Origin: Candidatus Latescibacterota bacterium
GTDB lineage: Bacteria > Latescibacterota > UBA2968 > GCA-2709665
Reading direction: 5' to 3'
Assembly (NCBI GenBank): GCA_965219455.1
Contig: OZ244744.1
Location: 5,056,001-5,120,000, forward strand
Length of the DNA stretch: 64,000 nucleotides
Every line of letters begins with the position of its first letter. The stretch's first letter is position 1. Shown here in pieces: positions 59,326 to 64,000 of this stretch. The notes below the pieces were generated by a model. It saw only the letters and a program-made list of their open reading frames with translations. It searched no databases and was not told the origin of the DNA. Both the position numbers and the translations under genes were made by a program.

Positions 59326-59868
59326 TCAGTTGGCGCAGGCCTCGCAGACGAGACTGAAGCGCATCCGACCGCCATCCGGGATTTCGGTTTCAAAGTCGGT
59401 CTTTACAAATACATCAGTTGAACCGCAGAAGTCACATCTGCCGCATTCGGTGTATTGGGTTCTCGCTGCCGCTTCCAGCGCGAAATCCGCATGTCCCCGG
59501 CGGGCTTTCAGATAGGCGGCAGCCTGGCGCCGGATCCCTTTGTCGGAATCGCCTTGCGCCGCGCGTTCAAATATGGCATCCAGAGCGGGGTCGTCCGGTC
59601 GTCCACCGTCTTCAAGGGTGTGCCACGCGGCTTTGCGCACGCCGTGGTCAGGATCTTCGAGCATGCGGTAGAGCGCGCGCCAGGCTTCCTCCACGCGGCG
59701 GCGGAGGTGACAGGGGCACAGGAAATCGGCGGCGGTTTTGCGATCTTCCGGGTCCCGACTGCGAGAGAGTTCTATAAGTCTCGAGATGTTCTCGCCATTG
59801 ACGCGCGCTTCCCCGATTCCGAATGCTCTTTTCTGATATCTGTTGAGTCCGATCCTCTTCCGACTCAC
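59326..59868 (-). CDS. HEAT-repeat protein with a CPCH motif and C-terminal Zn ribbon
   Basis: DPEDRKTAA..LCPCH, EDPDHGVRKAA, CDFC..CEAC; GTG start after GGAG. Confidence 0.65.
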   Translation of the reverse strand: MSRKRIGLNRYQKRAFGIGEARVNGENISRLIELSRSRDPEDRKTAADFLCPCHLRRRVEEAWRALYRMLEDPDHGVRKAAWHTLEDGGRPDDPALDAIFERAAQGDSDKGIRRQAAAYLKARRGHADFALEAAARTQYTECGRCDFCGSTDVFVKTDFETEIPDGGRMRFSLVCEACAN

Positions 59869-60191
59869 GATGACTCCAGCGCGAAGTTTCCGGGTCGAAT
59901 CTCTTCTTTTTCGATGCCTGCCGACTGTTGCGCCCAGTGAGGACGATGATCGGCATTGTCGTCTGCAATATAACATATGGCAGTGCAATATCAAAATCCT
60001 AGTCGCCCGGTCAACACCGGAGAGATTCTTACCTGGACATACCGGCAATACCGAAAAACGCGGTTTTCAATTCTGAGATTGCCTCGGCTCCTGCGCCGCC
60101 CCTGGAAGCGCCGGGAACCGGGCCGCCGGAATCCCATCGACCACTGGCCTGCGGGCAGTCGTCATTACACCTTGAAAGGGAGCATGGTACA

Positions 60192-61490
60192 ATGGAAAGA
60201 GTTCAGGAGGATGTTCGGTTAGACTTGCTGCTTAAAAGCGGGTACGTCATCGATCCCGTGAATGGAGTGGACGGAATTCGGGACGTGGGCATTCGGGACG
60301 GAGAGATCGCCGAGGTTTCCGACGCGATCGCCGGGGAACGGGCGGCGCGCGTTATCGACGTTTCCGGCCTGTTGGTCACGCCGGGGCTGGTGGACATTCA
60401 CGTCCACGCCTACGACAGTCGGCTGGACCCGGCGCCGGACAAATTTACGGGCAGTCTGAACGCGGATGCGCATTTTTTGAGCGACGGGGTGACGACCTGC
60501 GTGGATACCGGGACTGCAGGTTGCGGCGAGATTTCGCATTTCAGACAGACCGTGATGGAAAAAAAGACCTGCCGGATTCTGGCTTACGTCAATATCTCGG
60601 CGCCGGGGATGGGAAATTCGGAACAAGATATCCGTACCTTCGACGCGGCGGGCGCGGCGTCGGCCGCGATGGATCACAGGGACGTGGTCGTGGGCATCAA
60701 GACGGCCCATTACTGGCCAAATAAGCCGTTTGACACCGACCATCCCCCATGGGCGTCCGTCGAACGGGCGGTGGAGGCGGGTAACCTGTGCGGGATGCCG
60801 GTGATGGTCGACTTCTGGCCACGGCCGCCGGAGCGGTCCTACCCGGATCTGATTCTGCAAAAGCTGCGTCCCGGCGACATTCACACGCACGTGTTCGCCC
60901 GGCAGTTTCCCGTCATCGATGGGAATGGGCGGGTCCGGGACTACATGTTCAAAGCCAGGGAACGTGGTGTCTGGTTCGATCTGGGCCACGGCGCGGCGAG
61001 TTTCTGGTACCGCAATGGCGTGCGTGCCATAGCGGACGGGTTTCCGCCGGACTCGATCAGTACGGACCTGCATACCGGAAACATCCACGGGTCCGTGGTC
61101 AGCATGACCGACACGATGTCCAAGTGCCTGTTGATGGGAATGCCTTTGCGGGAAGTGATCTACCGGTCGACGGCGGCGCCGGCGCAGGCGATTCGCCGGC
61201 CGGACCTGGGCACGCTCGGGGTGGGGACGGAGGCCGACGTCGCGGTGCTGGCCCGCCTCGAGGGAGCGTTTTCCTTCCGGGATTGCGGATGGGGACGGAT
61301 GGACGGGTCCGAGCGCCTGGTGTGCAAACTGACGCTCCGGAAGGGCGAGGTGGTATGGGATCGGGACGCCCTGACCGTCGCTGCGTGGCAGGATCTGCCC
61401 GACGACTACTGGCAGACGACGGTGGTGCCCGTACCGATTCGCCGGCATTGGCGGGAGATCGACAAGGACACGGGGACGGCTGGCGTGTGA
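60192..61490 (+). CDS. Dihydroorotase-like amidohydrolase/deacetylase family metallohydrolase
   Basis: PGLVDIHVH, GVTTCVDTG, LRPGDIHTH, FDLGHG, ISTDLH, GTLGVGTEADV. Confidence 0.85.
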   Translation: MERVQEDVRLDLLLKSGYVIDPVNGVDGIRDVGIRDGEIAEVSDAIAGERAARVIDVSGLLVTPGLVDIHVHAYDSRLDPAPDKFTGSLNADAHFLSDGVTTCVDTGTAGCGEISHFRQTVMEKKTCRILAYVNISAPGMGNSEQDIRTFDAAGAASAAMDHRDVVVGIKTAHYWPNKPFDTDHPPWASVERAVEAGNLCGMPVMVDFWPRPPERSYPDLILQKLRPGDIHTHVFARQFPVIDGNGRVRDYMFKARERGVWFDLGHGAASFWYRNGVRAIADGFPPDSISTDLHTGNIHGSVVSMTDTMSKCLLMGMPLREVIYRSTAAPAQAIRRPDLGTLGVGTEADVAVLARLEGAFSFRDCGWGRMDGSERLVCKLTLRKGEVVWDRDALTVAAWQDLPDDYWQTTVVPVPIRRHWREIDKDTGTAGV

Positions 61491-61520
61491 TTCGTCGTTA
61501 GCGGGATGGAGGAAGCACCC

Positions 61521-62663
61521 CTACCAGTCGGCCACGCTCCCGTCGGACTCGTAGTGATATTCGCCGCCGAGTTCCTCTCCGTAGTCACTCTTTTTCTGGA
61601 CTTCACGCTCGTCGAGTTCAATGCCGAGGCCGGGTTCGGTGGGGAGCAGGATGTGTCCGTCATTCACCTGCCAGGGATTCGTCAGCAGTCCTTCTCCAAG
61701 ACACGAGTCGACCTGCTCCTGAATCAGAAAGTTGGGTACGGCGGCGTCGACGTGGAGGCATGACGTGAAGGCGACAGGTCCGATGGCGCAATGAGGCATG
61801 ATGTGCAGGTAGTAGACTTCGGCCATGTTGGCGATCTTGAGGGTTTCCGTAATGCCTCCGGCGTGCGAAACGTCCGGCTGGATATAGGCCGCGGCCTGAT
61901 TTTCAAAGATCCGCCGGAATTCCCATCTGCTCAGCAGCCGCTCACCGGTGGCGATAGGAAAGGGAACCCGGTCGGAGACATGCTTGAGGGCATCCACGTT
62001 TTCCTGTGGAACGGGTTCTTCCACAAACATCGGGCGCATGCCTTTGAGTTCGTGGCAGACTTCAACTGCCAACGCCGGTGTCATTTTTCCATGAAAATCG
62101 AAACAGAGTTCGACGTCGGGCCCGACCCACTCCCGCATCAGGTACGCCCGGCGGACGAATTCATCGATGACGGCGGGAGGTTCGTGCGCCCGCCACTTGC
62201 CCCCGGGCCCGGTCTTGAAGGCCTTATAGCCGCCCGTCTTCCGGAGGCTGTCGAGGCGTTGTCTTGAAGCGGCCTTCTCCTCTTCCGTAAGCCCCCCGAT
62301 GCCCCAGTGGGCGTAAACCCGAATCCGGTCCCTGAGGGGTCCACCGAGCAACCGGTACACGGGCACGCCATAATGCTTGCCCGCGATGTCCCAGAGCGCC
62401 TGGTCGATGCCCGACAGGGCGGTCATGAGGACGGCGCCGCCACGGTAGAACGTCGAACGGTAGATATGCTGCCAATGGTGCTGGATTCGGAGTGGGTCCT
62501 TGCCGGTGAGATAGGCTGACAGTTCCTCGACGGCGGCCACGGTGCTTCGGGGTCTGCCTTCCAGGGTGGTTTCTCCCCAGCCCACCAGGCCGTTATCGGT
62601 TGTGATTTTCAGCAGGCGGGTACGCGGCCGCGGAAAAAATTGTTCAATGCGGGCAATTCTCAT
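61521..62663 (-). CDS. dgoD: Galactonate dehydratase
   Basis: GWGETTLEGR, FYRGGAVLMTALSGIDQALWDI, DFHG, EEP, ATGERL, QPDVSHAGG, DGSVADW. Confidence 0.88.
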   Translation of the reverse strand: MRIARIEQFFPRPRTRLLKITTDNGLVGWGETTLEGRPRSTVAAVEELSAYLTGKDPLRIQHHWQHIYRSTFYRGGAVLMTALSGIDQALWDIAGKHYGVPVYRLLGGPLRDRIRVYAHWGIGGLTEEEKAASRQRLDSLRKTGGYKAFKTGPGGKWRAHEPPAVIDEFVRRAYLMREWVGPDVELCFDFHGKMTPALAVEVCHELKGMRPMFVEEPVPQENVDALKHVSDRVPFPIATGERLLSRWEFRRIFENQAAAYIQPDVSHAGGITETLKIANMAEVYYLHIMPHCAIGPVAFTSCLHVDAAVPNFLIQEQVDSCLGEGLLTNPWQVNDGHILLPTEPGLGIELDEREVQKKSDYGEELGGEYHYESDGSVADW

Positions 62664-62714
62664 CCGGTTTTCCTTGGAAAGCGGGTTTGCCCCCTGGCCT
62701 TTCAGTCCAGCCCG

Positions 62715-63401
62715 TTACACGAGGCAGCCGAGGGTTGAGAGGCAGGCGCGGGTGTTAGGAATGGGGTCGGTCAGTCCCGCCTGGAGGTGCGTGCGTGTTT
62801 GGTCAATGAGATGGTCCAGTTGTTCCGGCGTGTCCACGTCGTACCAGGACGGTAACACGCCAACGGTGAGACCGACGGCCTCGGCCCTTTCAAGTGTCTG
62901 AGCGAATACGTGCTCGGTGCTCCACGAGATGTTATCGAAGATCTCGCGGACCGGTCTTGAGAGGCCGACGAGATAATAACCGCCGTCCACGCTGGGCCCG
63001 AGCACGATCTCCTTCAGTACGAGGAGTTCGAATGCCCGATCGATGTGGCGGGGTGGCAGCGATGGAACGTCGGTACCCAGAATCACCACGCGTCCGGCGC
63101 CCAGATCGAAGCAGTGGCAGGCCGCTCGGTACATACGTTGGCCCAGGTCGGCGGAGACCTGCGGAAAAAGGACCCAATCCGCCCCGGCCAGATCGGCGAG
63201 TTCGACTTCCGCCCCAGGTGGATCGCAGGCCACACAGCGCCGGTCCACGTCGGCTTGCGTCGCTGTGTTCACGGTATCCAGGATGAAGGCGCGGTAGATT
63301 GCCGCCGCCTGTTTCGGCGTGTACCGGGAATGAAGACGGGTCTTGACCGCGCCGGGTACGGGGTTCCTGGCGAAGATGACGAGATAGGTGCTCGCGGCCA
63401 T
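62715..63401 (-). CDS. DUF2064/TIGR04282-type (CofC-like) transferase
   Basis: FARNPVPGAVKTRL, DLGQRM, GTDVP, LGPSVDGGYYL, DVDT. Confidence 0.85.
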   Translation of the reverse strand: MAASTYLVIFARNPVPGAVKTRLHSRYTPKQAAAIYRAFILDTVNTATQADVDRRCVACDPPGAEVELADLAGADWVLFPQVSADLGQRMYRAACHCFDLGAGRVVILGTDVPSLPPRHIDRAFELLVLKEIVLGPSVDGGYYLVGLSRPVREIFDNISWSTEHVFAQTLERAEAVGLTVGVLPSWYDVDTPEQLDHLIDQTRTHLQAGLTDPIPNTRACLSTLGCLV

Positions 63402-63483
63402 TTGCGTTGGAAGACCTGTTCAATGCCGGGCGAGGGTAAGAGCAACGGGCTGCTAGAGTCGGTTGTCCCGTTCGGGGGCCGAT

Positions 63484-64000
63484 TCAGCCCTGGGTGGTTC
63501 CATCCTCCAGCTTCTGGCGCAACAGCTGGTTTGCCACTTTGGGGTTCGCCTGGCCTCTTGTGGCCTTCATGATCTGCCCCATAAAGAAGCCCAGCAGTTT
63601 CCTGTCGCCTCTCCTGTATCTATCGACTGCGTCGGGGTGTTCCGAAATCACCCGTTCGATCAGCCCCTCGATTTGGGACGAATCGCTTATCTGAGCGAGT
63701 CCCTTCTGTTCGACGACGGTTTGGGGGGAGGCGCCGGTTTCGGCCATCCGGGCGAATACGGTCCGGGCGATGTTCGCGCTGATGGTGCCGGCTTCGATCA
63801 ATTCGAGCAGCGCCGCGAGGTTTTCCGGGGTCGTCTTGAGTTCATCTATGTCAATTTTGCGCTCGTTGAGCGTGCGAAGGACGTCGCCCTGAACCCAGTT
63901 TGCGGCCGTTATGGGCGCTGCCCCGGCCGACACGGCAGCTTCATAATAGTCGGCCACTTTCCGGTCGGCAATCAGGGTCTCGACCTGGTCTGTCCTGAGG
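63484..64000 (-). CDS. gatB: Asp/Glu-tRNA amidotransferase subunit B, 3' end (partial)
   Basis: ANWV, GTIS, GLAQISD, GFFMGQIMKATRGQANP (GatB_Yqey domain). Confidence 0.92.
   Translation of the reverse strand, partial: LRTDQVETLIADRKVADYYEAAVSAGAAPITAANWVQGDVLRTLNERKIDIDELKTTPENLAALLELIEAGTISANIARTVFARMAETGASPQTVVEQKGLAQISDSSQIEGLIERVISEHPDAVDRYRRGDRKLLGFFMGQIMKATRGQANPKVANQLLRQKLEDGTTQG

Overview
High-GC bacterial chromosomal window. A host among Latescibacterota/Gemmatimonadota/Poribacteria-type marine or sponge-associated bacteria is inferred only from the style of the WD40/Ig/dockerin-like, DUF6785 and M28-FtsX proteins. The flanks are core or metabolic: metK 3' end-ahcY, ntrZYX between two Omp85-like genes, a lut-type oxidoreductase, sugar-acid catabolism genes, a speD-speE fusion, dgoD and the gatB 3' end. 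The centre (about 12.5-38.3 kb) is accessory. (1) A 1605-aa Ser/Thr kinase-ATPase-TPR-GAF-sigma54 activator is followed by a candidate sigma54 promoter (two TGT-N12-ACA palindromes, an IHF-like site, GG-N10-GC) in front of a sensor-less sigma54 activator. (2) In a hotspot, the 3' end of an Ldh_2-family gene occurs three times and a beta-helix gene twice. These bracket different AT-richer cargo: an Rpn gene with a likely internal antitoxin start, secreted orphans, an IS256 remnant, and a split metallopeptidase-WD40-Ig protein with near-identical 126-bp repeats. (3) A MITE family has three copies, one carrying two nested 33/36-bp CCTG...CAGG hairpins. No rRNA, tRNA or CRISPR array was seen. All calls come from manual reading, with no database searches.
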